DNA of 30,365 nucleotides, taken from contig QHVW01000152.1 of assembly GCA_003223675.1 (NCBI GenBank), positions 1 through 30,365 of the forward strand. Reading direction: 5' to 3'. How positions within the stretch are numbered: the first letter of the stretch is position 1; each line of letters opens with the position of its first letter. Below the pieces are notes generated by a model. It saw nothing but the letters and a program-made list of their open reading frames with translations, was not told where the DNA came from and did not search any database. This DNA comes from Acidobacteriota bacterium. GTDB lineage: Bacteria; Acidobacteriota; Thermoanaerobaculia; Multivoradales; UBA5704. Both the position numbers and the translations under genes were made by a program. Shown piece by piece: positions 17,085 to 24,485 of this stretch.

Positions 17085-18469
17085 CGGGCACCTCGTCCCA
17101 GCAGCACGATCCTGGCCGTGGAGAGCAGGATCGAGATGTCCAGGAACAGCGAGAGATTCTTGATGTAGTAGAGGTCGAGCTTGAGCTTCTCGATCGACTC
17201 CTCGAAGGTGGAGGCGTACGGCGCCTTGACCTGGGCCCAGCCGGTCAGGCCCGGACGGATCACCAGCCGCTGCTCGTACCAGGGGCACTGCTCCTTGAGC
17301 TGGTCGACGAACATCCGGCGCTCGGGGCGCGGGCCCACCAGGCTCATGTCGCCCACGAGCACGTTCCAGAGCTGCGGCAGCTCGTCGAGGCGGGTCTTGC
17401 GGATGAAGCGCCCCACGCGGGTGACCCGCGGGTCCCCCGCGACGGCCCAGCGGGCGCCGCCCGCCTCGGCGTCGGTGCGCATGGAGCGGAATTTCCACAG
17501 CGTGAACGGCCGGCCGCCGCGCCCCAACCGCTCCTGGCGGAAGAACACGGGGCCGGGTGAATCGAGCCGCACGGCGAGGGCCACCAGCAGCATGAACGGC
17601 AACGCCAGGATCAGCCCGAGCGAGGCCACCAGGACGTCGAGCAGGCGCTTGGCGAACAGCGTGCCGCGCGAGACCACGAAGCCGTCCGAGAAGATCAGCC
17701 ACGACTTGCGCAGCCCCTCGACCATGATCTTGCCGGTGAGCTGCTCGTAGTAGCTGTACCCCTCCTGCACGCGGATGCCGTTGGTCTTGCACGCCAGCAG
17801 GGCGTCCATGCTGAGGTGCCCGCGTTCCATGGCGGCCACCACCACGCGGGTGACGCCGTGCTGGAGGGCGAGGTCGCACGCCTGGGCCGTGGTGCCGATG
17901 ACGCGCGGATTGATCAGGCTCACCCCCTGCAGGGCAGGGTCGTCGTCGAGGAAACCCACGACGCGATAGCCGAGGTGCTTGCGCGCCAGGATCTCGCGGG
18001 CGATGTCGATCGCCTTGTTGTCGGAGCCGACGATCATCACCCGCTCGGCGAACCCCTCCGAGCGGAGGAGCCAGCGCAGCACCACGCGCCAGGCGAGCAC
18101 GAAGGACATGCCGAAGACCAGCGCCAGGGCGAAGACGCCGCGGCCGGTCTGCACGTCGGGGATCACGAAATAGAGCGCCCAGGAGGCGACCGCCAGCACC
18201 GAGAAGGCGCGCAGCAGCCGGATCAGCAGGTCCCGGCTCGACAGCCGTTCCCCGAAGTCGTAGAGGCTGTTGGCGTAGAGGCAGAGCAGGCCGATGATTG
18301 TGAAGGCCAGCGCGTCGGTCAGGACCGTGGAGCGCGGCGGCAACTGGCCCGGGCCCATCCCCAGACGGAGCTGGATGGCGAGCGGCACCGCCGCGAGCAG
18401 CAGCAGCCCTTCGGCGGTCAGCGAGACGGCCGCCGGCAGGGCCCAGTAACGGTTGAACAGTCGGATCAT
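17081..18469 (-). CDS. Priming phosphoglycosyl transferase (WcaJ/TIGR03013-like), 462 aa
   Basis: Four N-terminal TMs and a CoA-binding-like middle domain, then KRLLD, FFRQERLG, KFRSMRTDAE, DPRVTRVG, LDELPQLWNVLVGDMSLVGPRPER, PGLTGWAQV, DLYYIKN. Confidence 0.95.
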   Translation of the reverse strand: MIRLFNRYWALPAAVSLTAEGLLLLAAVPLAIQLRLGMGPGQLPPRSTVLTDALAFTIIGLLCLYANSLYDFGERLSSRDLLIRLLRAFSVLAVASWALYFVIPDVQTGRGVFALALVFGMSFVLAWRVVLRWLLRSEGFAERVMIVGSDNKAIDIAREILARKHLGYRVVGFLDDDPALQGVSLINPRVIGTTAQACDLALQHGVTRVVVAAMERGHLSMDALLACKTNGIRVQEGYSYYEQLTGKIMVEGLRKSWLIFSDGFVVSRGTLFAKRLLDVLVASLGLILALPFMLLVALAVRLDSPGPVFFRQERLGRGGRPFTLWKFRSMRTDAEAGGARWAVAGDPRVTRVGRFIRKTRLDELPQLWNVLVGDMSLVGPRPERRMFVDQLKEQCPWYEQRLVIRPGLTGWAQVKAPYASTFEESIEKLKLDLYYIKNLSLFLDISILLSTARIVLLGRGAR

Positions 18470-18487
18470 CGCCTCAACCCTCCCGGG

Positions 18488-19237
18488 CTAGTAGTACCCG
18501 CGGTACCCCCGCCCCGAAATGGGCGCGAAGTTGAGCACCGCTCCGATGAGCTTCTCGGGCCCGAGGGCCGCGAGCGTCTTCTCGATGTCGTGCCGCTTGC
18601 TCTGCCCCGCCCGCACCACCATCACCACGCCGTCCGAGCGCGCGGCGAGCGACCGGGCGCTGGCCAGCAGCGTCATCGGCGGCGAATCGATCACCACGAT
18701 CTCGTAGGCGGCGCGCACCTCGCTGAGCACCTCCGACATCCGCCGGCCCGACATCAGGTCGCCCGACACCTCGGACGCCCCGGCGAGCAGCACGTCGAGG
18801 CTGCTCCCCTCCAGCGTGACCACGGCGTCGGCGACCGTGGTCCCCCGCTCGAGCACCTGCTGCAACCCCGGCCGGTCGGGCCGCTCCGGGACGAAGTAGG
18901 TGTGGAGCTGCGGGCGCCAGAGGTCCCCTTCGAGCAGCAGCACGCGCCGCTCCTCGCCGCGGGTGAGGGTGAGGGCCAGGTTGAGGCTGGTCAGCGTCTT
19001 GCCCGCCCCCTCCTCCGGGCTGGTCACGGTCAGCGTGTACCCCCGGGTGCCGAGCGGGCTGATGCGCTCCTCGATCTGCACGGCGAGGCTCCGGTACTGC
19101 TCGGCCACGAAGGTCGGCTTGTCCATGTGGCTGACCACCGGCGCGTCCTCGCTGAGCTGGACGCGGCGCGACGCCGCGAGCTCGCGGTGGATCCTCGGGG
19201 GCCTCTCGGTCCGCAACGACATATCCATCGGTGTCAT
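18488..19237 (-). CDS. CpsD/CapB-family tyrosine autokinase (stand-alone), ~249 aa (alternative start 19228)
   Basis: AEQYRSL, Walker A GAGKT, VLLLEGDLWRP, VVIDSPP, and a C-terminal Tyr cluster GYRGYY. Confidence 0.92.
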   Translation of the reverse strand: MTPMDMSLRTERPPRIHRELAASRRVQLSEDAPVVSHMDKPTFVAEQYRSLAVQIEERISPLGTRGYTLTVTSPEEGAGKTLTSLNLALTLTRGEERRVLLLEGDLWRPQLHTYFVPERPDRPGLQQVLERGTTVADAVVTLEGSSLDVLLAGASEVSGDLMSGRRMSEVLSEVRAAYEIVVIDSPPMTLLASARSLAARSDGVVMVVRAGQSKRHDIEKTLAALGPEKLIGAVLNFAPISGRGYRGYY

Positions 19238-20663
19238 CTCCTCCTGGTCCGAGACGCGCTCCGGGCGCTCTGGAAGACGGGAATGGTGGCCAGCACGGGC
19301 AAGCCGGGGAAGGCCTGCTGCAACGACTCGACGTCCGGATAGGTGTGGTCCGAGCGCTCGCGCAGCAGGGCCGCCAGCAGGCCCATCAGGCCGCCGGCGA
19401 TCAGCCCCAGGCCCAGCACCAGGAGCTTGTTAGGGCCGTAGGGAGAGGTCGGCGGCAGCGCCCGCTCGATGATCGTGAAGCTCTCCCCCTGCTGGCTCTT
19501 CTCCAGGTTCTCGTAGAGCCGGGCGTTCAGCCGCTTGTCGAGCAGCGACTCGTAGGAATTCTTGATGTTGTCGTAGTCGCGGGTCAGCGACAGCAGCTCC
19601 TGCTCGACCCGCGGCACGTTCTCCAGCCGCCCCTGGACCCGCGCGATGTCCCCCAGGATGCGCTCGCGCTCGGCCTTGAGGCTGCGGATCTCCAGGTCGA
19701 CCGAGGCCAGCTCGGTCTTGAGCATGGGATCGATCTTCGGCGCCGCGTCGGTTTCGTCGGCCCTGGGAGGGGTCGCGGCGGAAGCCGCGCTCGCGGGGGG
19801 CGCCGTCTTCTGGCTCTTCTCCAGGTGTAGCGGGCGCGCAGCTCGGCGAGCTGCGCCCGGAGCTGGTCGAGGCGCGACGGCTGGTCGGGCGCGGCGGGGG
19901 CCACCCCCAGGGCCGCCAGGGTCGAGCGCCGGGAGCCGCTCTGCTGGTTGCGCAGCTCGGCCATCTGGCTCTGCAAGAGGAGCCGGCGCGTCTCGGCCTT
20001 GTCGAGCGCGTCCATGTTGATCTCCAGCTTGGTCTGGAGCTGCTCGACGCTGCGCAGGTTGGTGTCGCGCTGCTCGGGGAGGTCCCCCAGGTTCTGGCGC
20101 TTGAACTCGGCGATCTTGGCCTCCTGCACCTCCAGGCGGCTCTTGGTCTTCTCCAGCTCGGTCTCCAGGAACGAGGAGGTCCCCTGGGCCTGGCTCGCCC
20201 GCAGCGTCAGGTTGCTCTCGATGAAGCTCTCCGCCACCCGGTTGGCCGTGCGCGCGGCCTGCACCGGTTCGCGCCCCTCGAAGTAGATGCGGAAGGTGTT
20301 CCCCTGGAGCTGGATCGTCAGGTCGCGGCGCGCCCGGGCGATGGCGCCTTCCAGGAAGCCCTGGCGCGTCAGCTCCGGATAGAGGTCCATCTCATGGATG
20401 ATCCGCGCCAGGTTGTCGCGGTTCTTGATCTGCGGCTCGATGGTGCGCAGCCGCTCCTCGATGCTGGTGGCGATCGTCGGCTTGACATAGTCGGCGGGCA
20501 CCTTCTGCGGCTCGACCAGCACCAGGGTCGAGGCCCGGTAGGTCCTGGGCAGCACCCGCAGGGCCCAGACGGCCGCCACCAGGCCGAGCAGGAGCGGCAC
20601 CAGGAACCAGACGCGGCGCCGCCAGACGGCCCGGGTCAGATCACTGAGAGTCAGATTTTTCAT
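19234..20663 (-). pseudogene. Wzz/GumC-type polysaccharide co-polymerase (TIGR03007-like), interrupted at ~19824-19826
   Basis: The N-part has TM1, YRASTLVLVE, coiled coils and LAELRARYT. The C-part is in another frame: LEKSQK...VPRVEQELLSLTRDY...FTIIERALPP, TM2, PGLPVLATIP. The expected HPDV segment is absent at the junction. Confidence 0.85.
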
Positions 20664-21921
20664 TGGTGGTCGGCCTCCCCAGGGTCGCCGGCTCCAGCGG
20701 GGTCTCCCCCGAGTTGTAGAGGCGGAAAGCCAGGTTCACGTAATAGCGGGCATAGGAGAGATTGGCGAAGGGCGCCACCTGGGCGCGCTGCCAGATGCGG
20801 GAGTAGCCCCCCTCCAGGCGGTACCCCGGCGCGAAGGTCCAGTCGGCGCGCGCCGTGCCCGCGGCGAATTCGGTCAGGGTCCGGCGGTCGCTCTGGCCGG
20901 ATGCAACCTCAAAGGGAAGATTGCGCTGCCGCGAGACGTTGCCGTCGAGCCCCAGCGCCAGCCGCCGGCCGATCGCCGTCGAGAGCCCGAGGAAGCCGTT
21001 GTCCGCCGTCACCGCGTAGCCGAGGCCGGCGCCCGGCGAAATGTCGTGGCTGGCGCCCAGCGTCCAGTGGAAGAGCCGCTCGTCGCGGGCGAGCTGGAGC
21101 CCGCCGCGCCACCCCGTCTCGTTCTGCCGGACGCGCAGGCCCACGGACGGCAGGTTGGCCGCGCGGAGATCCGAGCGCTCGGAGTAGGCGCCGCCCTCCA
21201 GCCGCAGGTGGTTGTCGCGGCCGAGGTCGGTCGCGTAGGCGAGCCCCAGCGTCACCACGCCGGAGCTCCCCCGCTGCCGGTAGTCGTAGCGGTCGGCCCC
21301 CAGCGCCGCCTCCAGGCGGCTCCCCCGGGCCAGCTCGAACGCGGCGCCCAGGCGGGCGCCCAGCGTCTCGGAATCGATCAGGTTGGGGTCCTCGTAGCGG
21401 CGCAGGGAGTGCGTGACGCCGAAGAGCATCGAGGCGTGCCGGCTGAAGGTCTGATCCAGGGAGACGTCCAGGAGATGGCTGAGCTGGTTGCCCTGCCGGG
21501 TCACCACCGTGGTCTGCGGCGTGGTGACCGGCGCGTAGAGATCGACGTTGGGAGTGGAGATCAGGTTCTCCCGGACGTTGAGGCGCAACTGGCGGTTGAG
21601 GTCACCGATCAGGCCGAAGTCGAGCCGGTGGGTGGTGCCGGAGAGGCCGGAGCCGTCGAGCGTCCGCTCGTAGTACGGGGAGTAGCCGAGCGCCAGGCTC
21701 AACCGTTCGAGGGCGTAGGAGAGCCGGAGGCCGAGCCCCAGCCGCCCCACCGTCCGGCTCTGCTGGAGGGCGGGGTCCTGCTGGGGGCCGTAGTTGCCGT
21801 CGTCGCGGACTCCCGTATCCCCTTCGAGCACGACGTTGAGGCGGCCCGGCGCCTGCGCTCCGGCGGGTCCGGCGAGCAGGATGAGGAGCAGCCCCATGGG
21901 ACCGATGCGCCTCCAGCTCAT
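20641..21921 (-). CDS. Predicted outer-membrane beta-barrel protein of the polysaccharide export system, 426 aa
   Basis: Signal peptide MSWRRIGPMGLLLILLAGPAGA|Q. The mature part is rich in alternating beta-strand patterns (LGLRLSYAL, LDVSLDQTF, LEGGYSRIW, YYVNLAFRL). It sits between the OPX and co-polymerase genes. Fold is inferred. Confidence 0.7.
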   Translation of the reverse strand: MSWRRIGPMGLLLILLAGPAGAQAPGRLNVVLEGDTGVRDDGNYGPQQDPALQQSRTVGRLGLGLRLSYALERLSLALGYSPYYERTLDGSGLSGTTHRLDFGLIGDLNRQLRLNVRENLISTPNVDLYAPVTTPQTTVVTRQGNQLSHLLDVSLDQTFSRHASMLFGVTHSLRRYEDPNLIDSETLGARLGAAFELARGSRLEAALGADRYDYRQRGSSGVVTLGLAYATDLGRDNHLRLEGGAYSERSDLRAANLPSVGLRVRQNETGWRGGLQLARDERLFHWTLGASHDISPGAGLGYAVTADNGFLGLSTAIGRRLALGLDGNVSRQRNLPFEVASGQSDRRTLTEFAAGTARADWTFAPGYRLEGGYSRIWQRAQVAPFANLSYARYYVNLAFRLYNSGETPLEPATLGRPTTNEKSDSQ

Positions 21922-21975
21922 CTCAGCAGCCGCTCTTTGAGGTCGTCTCACGTCTCTCTCTCCCTAAGACGCCAA

Positions 21976-22006
21976 AACCGGCGCGAATTCGAACATTCGG
22001 CCGGTT
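21976..22006 (-). terminator. Hairpin followed by a short U-tract in the operon leader (possible attenuator)
   Basis: Minus strand reads AACCGGC-CGAAT gttcga ATTCG-c-GCCGGTT then TT: a 12-bp stem with one bulge and 4 U in total. The U-tract is short. Confidence 0.4.
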
Positions 22007-22224
22007 CCACGGCATCCCAGGGTCACTCCCAACCACCTCTCCGAGCTCCGCAGCATGGCGCCCTCGCGGGCTTCAGCCGACCTGTTTACCCTGGTGTATG
22101 CCTCGTGAGAACCGGTTCCCGGCCACCTGCCAAGCCGTCCTACGAGATGCTTCCTTTACTCGATGCTTCCTGGCTGCTCAGGATCGAGGTCCTTCAAACG
22201 AAGTCCTGTGCGGCCGGAGGAAAT

Positions 22225-22240
22225 TGCAAGAGGGGTGCCA
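22225..22240 (-). promoter_or_regulatory. Sigma54 (RpoN) -24/-12 promoter for the main EPS operon
   Basis: Minus strand TGGCAC-CCCTC-TTGCA is an exact match to TGGCAC-N5-TTGCW, oriented toward the beta-barrel gene. Confidence 0.82.
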
Positions 22241-22391
22241 GTGAGCGCGCCCCGCAGCGCGGGCGCCGGATTTCCGAGGAGGAGAGAGCGGCTGAGCCCG
22301 GTTTTCGCCGCCGCTCTTGCAACGCGCGTGTATTTTTTTCGCCCGGGCTGGAACCGTCTTGGAACCAGCCTCGAATTGGCAGGAGGATTGG

Positions 22392-22403
22392 TAAATATAT
22401 TTA
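22392..22403. promoter_or_regulatory. AT-only 12-bp palindrome (candidate enhancer or architectural-protein site)
   Basis: TAAATATATTTA is a perfect palindrome in otherwise GC-rich DNA, ~150 bp upstream of the sigma54 motif. Function is inferred. Confidence 0.4.
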
Positions 22404-22461
22404 AAGGATGCGTGGGCATAAAGCCGTAGAGACGTCCCAGCCGGAGCGAGATGATCCCTTC

Positions 22462-23052
22462 TCAGGGGACGACCAGCGTGTCGCCGGGCTGGAGGAGGAT
22501 GTTGTCCTCGGGCTTCTTGCCGTTGATGATGGACTTGAGCTCGACCTCCATCCGCTTCTCCTGCCGGCCGTCCCGGCCGTCGCGCAGCAGGACCACGCGC
22601 CCCCTGGCGTAGGGGGTGAGGCCGCCCGCCAGGGCCAGCGCCTGCATCAGCTTCCCCCGCGGCTCCAGATCGTAGGTCCCGGGGTGGGCCACCTCGCCGG
22701 TGACGTAGATCTTGCGCGAGTGGATCTCCTTGACCACCACCGAGACCCCCGGCGCCGTCACGTACTCCTTGTAGCCGTCGGTCAGCGTTGCTTTCAGGGC
22801 CAGCGGCGTCATGCCCGCCGCCTGCACGTCGCCCAGCAGCGGCACCGAGATGCGGCCGTCCGGGCGCACCGGCACGGTCACCGTGAGCTCCGGGTTCTTC
22901 CAGACGGAGACCTCCAGCACGTCGCCGAGGCCGATCTGGTAGGCGTTCGGCGGGTCCTGCTCGGTCCGCGTAGTAGCCGTCTGGGCGGAGGCCGCTCCGC
23001 ACAACAGGACGAGCAGAACGGCGGCGATTCGCGATAGGGCCAGGGTCTTCAT
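22462..23052 (-). CDS. wza: Short polysaccharide export protein (Wza/OPX; Poly_export + one SLBB domain), 196 aa
   Basis: YQIGLGDVLEVSVW, VRPDGRISVPLLGDVQAAG, IYVTGEVAHPG, ALALAGG, LQPGDTLVVP*. ATG 23052 lies behind GGAGG. Sec signal peptide with no canonical lipobox. Confidence 0.92.
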   Translation of the reverse strand: MKTLALSRIAAVLLVLLCGAASAQTATTRTEQDPPNAYQIGLGDVLEVSVWKNPELTVTVPVRPDGRISVPLLGDVQAAGMTPLALKATLTDGYKEYVTAPGVSVVVKEIHSRKIYVTGEVAHPGTYDLEPRGKLMQALALAGGLTPYARGRVVLLRDGRDGRQEKRMEVELKSIINGKKPEDNILLQPGDTLVVP

Positions 23053-23104
23053 ACCCAAGATTCCTCCAAACGAGTGAAACGGCTCACCAGCGGTTGGCCG
23101 GTGG

Positions 23105-23120
23105 TGCAAGAAGCGCGCCG
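23105..23120 (-). promoter_or_regulatory. Sigma54 -24/-12 promoter for wza
   Basis: Minus strand CGGCGC-GCTTC-TTGCA has GG and GC correctly spaced, 53 bp upstream of the wza ATG. Confidence 0.62.
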
Positions 23121-23123
23121 AAA

Positions 23124-23171
23124 CCTCACCCCTGGCCCCTCCCATCGCCCTCCCACCGTCCGGGAGAGGGG
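23124..23171. repeat. CCCTCACCCC...CCCTCCC...GGGAGAGGGG-type REP-like hairpin repeat
   Basis: CCTCACCCCTGGCCCCTCCCATCGCCCTCCCACCGTCCGGGAGAGGGG is a C-rich left part pairing imperfectly with GGGAGAGGGG. It resembles a dispersed intergenic repeat seen in high-GC genomes; only one copy is in the window. Confidence 0.5.
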
Positions 23172-23185
23172 AACCTGGCTGGGGA

Positions 23186-23201
23186 TGGCCCATGCGTTGC
23201 A
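23186..23201 (+). promoter_or_regulatory. Sigma54 -24/-12 promoter for the methyltransferase
   Basis: TGGCCC-ATGCG-TTGCA has correct spacing, 51 bp upstream of ATG 23252. Confidence 0.7.
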
Positions 23202-23251
23202 TTCACGATCGCTCGCAGCATCCAGGCCCGCGCAGCGGGGAGGCCCTCATC

Positions 23252-24448
23252 ATGAAAAAACGCCTGCTCGATTGGATCCTCTGCCCCCAGTGCGGCGAAC
23301 GGCCGCGGCTCGACGTCTTCCAGGAAGGAAAGGTGGAGCTCCCGTCGCCGGTCGAGTCGCCGGCCTGCTCCTTCTACTGCGGCCGGCACGGCGTGGCCCG
23401 GCCCGGCGATATCGCGCCGCCGCCGGACTGCCATTCCTGCTATCGCGAGGAGATCCTGGAAGGGGCCCTCTCCTGCGCCTGCGGCCTGGTCTACCCCATC
23501 ATCGACGGCATCCCCAGAATGATCCGCAACGCCCGCGAGGAGTATCCCGATTTCTTCGCCCGCCACGGTCTGGCGGGGGTTACGAAGTCGGCCGCGGTAC
23601 CCGGGGGCGACCGCCGCAGCTCGCGGAGCTTCGGCCTCCAGTGGACTCTCTACCGGGAGGGGGACGCCACCTGGTTCAAGGACGACGCCGGCCTGCGCAA
23701 GCGCGAATTCCTCTACAACCTCGACACCACCCCCCGGGAGCTGCGGGGCTCGACCCTCCTCGACGGCGGCTGCGGCAACGGCGAGCTGACGCGGGCGGTG
23801 GCCGAATACGGCCCCGAGATCGTGGCCATGGACTTCAGCCGCAGCGTGGAGAACGCCCGCCGGCGCCTGTTCGAAAAGGGGTTCCCCGTCTCGCACAAGG
23901 TCCACTATCTGCAGGGCAACCTCCTGGAGCTGCCGCTGCTGCCGCGCGGCTTCGACCTGGTGCACACCTCGGGCGTGCTCCACCACACGCCGAGCACCTA
24001 CCGGGCCTTCCGCTCGATCAGCACGGCGGTCAAGCCGGGCGGCAAGCTCTACGTGCAGCTCTACCGCCGGCGGCCGCGGTGGATCCACCTCATCAACGTC
24101 TCGCTGCGGGCGGTGACCACCCGCCTGCCGATGGGGCTCCTCTACGGCCTCTGCTACGCCGCCACCCCGGTGCACGCGGGGCTCTCCCGGCTGATGCACC
24201 TCCTGCGCGGCGAGCCCGCCCCGCCGAAGGCGACCGCCCGCGAGCGCGCCGTCCAGATGTTCGACAACTACAGCCCCCGCTACCAGTACCGCCACACCGT
24301 GCCCGAGATCCTGGAGCTGTTCCGCGGCGAGGGGTACACCGAGCTGCGCGACGTCACCCTCGACAACGAGGCGCGCCACATGCTGGCTCAGATCCGTCCG
24401 ATCGGACCGATCCGTCCGATCCGAGCCCGGCCCCCCGCCTGGGGTTGA
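23252..24448 (+). CDS. Trm112-like Cys-rich domain fused to a class I SAM-dependent methyltransferase, 398 aa
   Basis: LLDWILCPQC...EEILEGALSCACGLVYPIIDGIPRM (Trm112-like), SFGLQW, LLDGGCGNG (motif I), VAMDFS, HTSGVLHHTP. ATG 23252 lies behind GGGGAGG. Confidence 0.88.
   Translation: MKKRLLDWILCPQCGERPRLDVFQEGKVELPSPVESPACSFYCGRHGVARPGDIAPPPDCHSCYREEILEGALSCACGLVYPIIDGIPRMIRNAREEYPDFFARHGLAGVTKSAAVPGGDRRSSRSFGLQWTLYREGDATWFKDDAGLRKREFLYNLDTTPRELRGSTLLDGGCGNGELTRAVAEYGPEIVAMDFSRSVENARRRLFEKGFPVSHKVHYLQGNLLELPLLPRGFDLVHTSGVLHHTPSTYRAFRSISTAVKPGGKLYVQLYRRRPRWIHLINVSLRAVTTRLPMGLLYGLCYAATPVHAGLSRLMHLLRGEPAPPKATARERAVQMFDNYSPRYQYRHTVPEILELFRGEGYTELRDVTLDNEARHMLAQIRPIGPIRPIRARPPAWG
24391..24426 (+). 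repeat. Four tandem 9-mers (GATCCGTCC type) inside the 3' end of the methyltransferase ORF
   Basis: GATCCGTCC GATCGGACC GATCCGTCC GATCCGAGC, translated as IRP-IGP-IRP-IRA. Confidence 0.8.
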
Positions 24449-24485
24449 AACCCCAGGCTGGTGAATATCCGCCCCTCCAGGGCGG
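24437..24485. repeat. Double-hairpin REP-like element between convergent genes (may also act as a terminator)
   Basis: GCCTGGGGTT-GA-AACCCCAGGC (perfect 10-bp arms, 24437-24458) and CCGCCC-CTCCA-GGGCGG (24469-24485). There is no U-tract on either strand. Confidence 0.6.

Noticed and set aside
21964-22056. 30-codon minus-strand uORF (MLRSSERWLGVTLGC...) in the leader
   Set aside because: It has no convincing RBS and no recognisable leader-peptide composition, so it cannot be supported without ribosome profiling.
22040-22210. c-di-GMP-I riboswitch in the leader (GCACAGG and AGGGTAAAC look similar)
   Set aside because: The GAAA tetraloop/receptor and the GCAAA junction of the consensus are not found in the right order. 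Kept only as an unclassified leader.
22377-22392. Sigma54-like TGGCAG-GAGGA-TTGGT on the plus strand
   Set aside because: The invariant -12 GC is GG, and the motif points into the 3' end of wza on the opposite strand.
22156-22419. 87-aa minus-strand ORF between wza and the barrel gene
   Set aside because: It overlaps the sigma54 motif and AT-rich regulatory DNA, has atypical codon usage and shows no recognisable domain.
67-23052. PEP-CTERM-tailed protein or exosortase within the locus
   Set aside because: No translated product ends in VPEP + TM helix + basic tail, and no exosortase-like multi-TM gene with its Cys/Arg/His motifs was seen.
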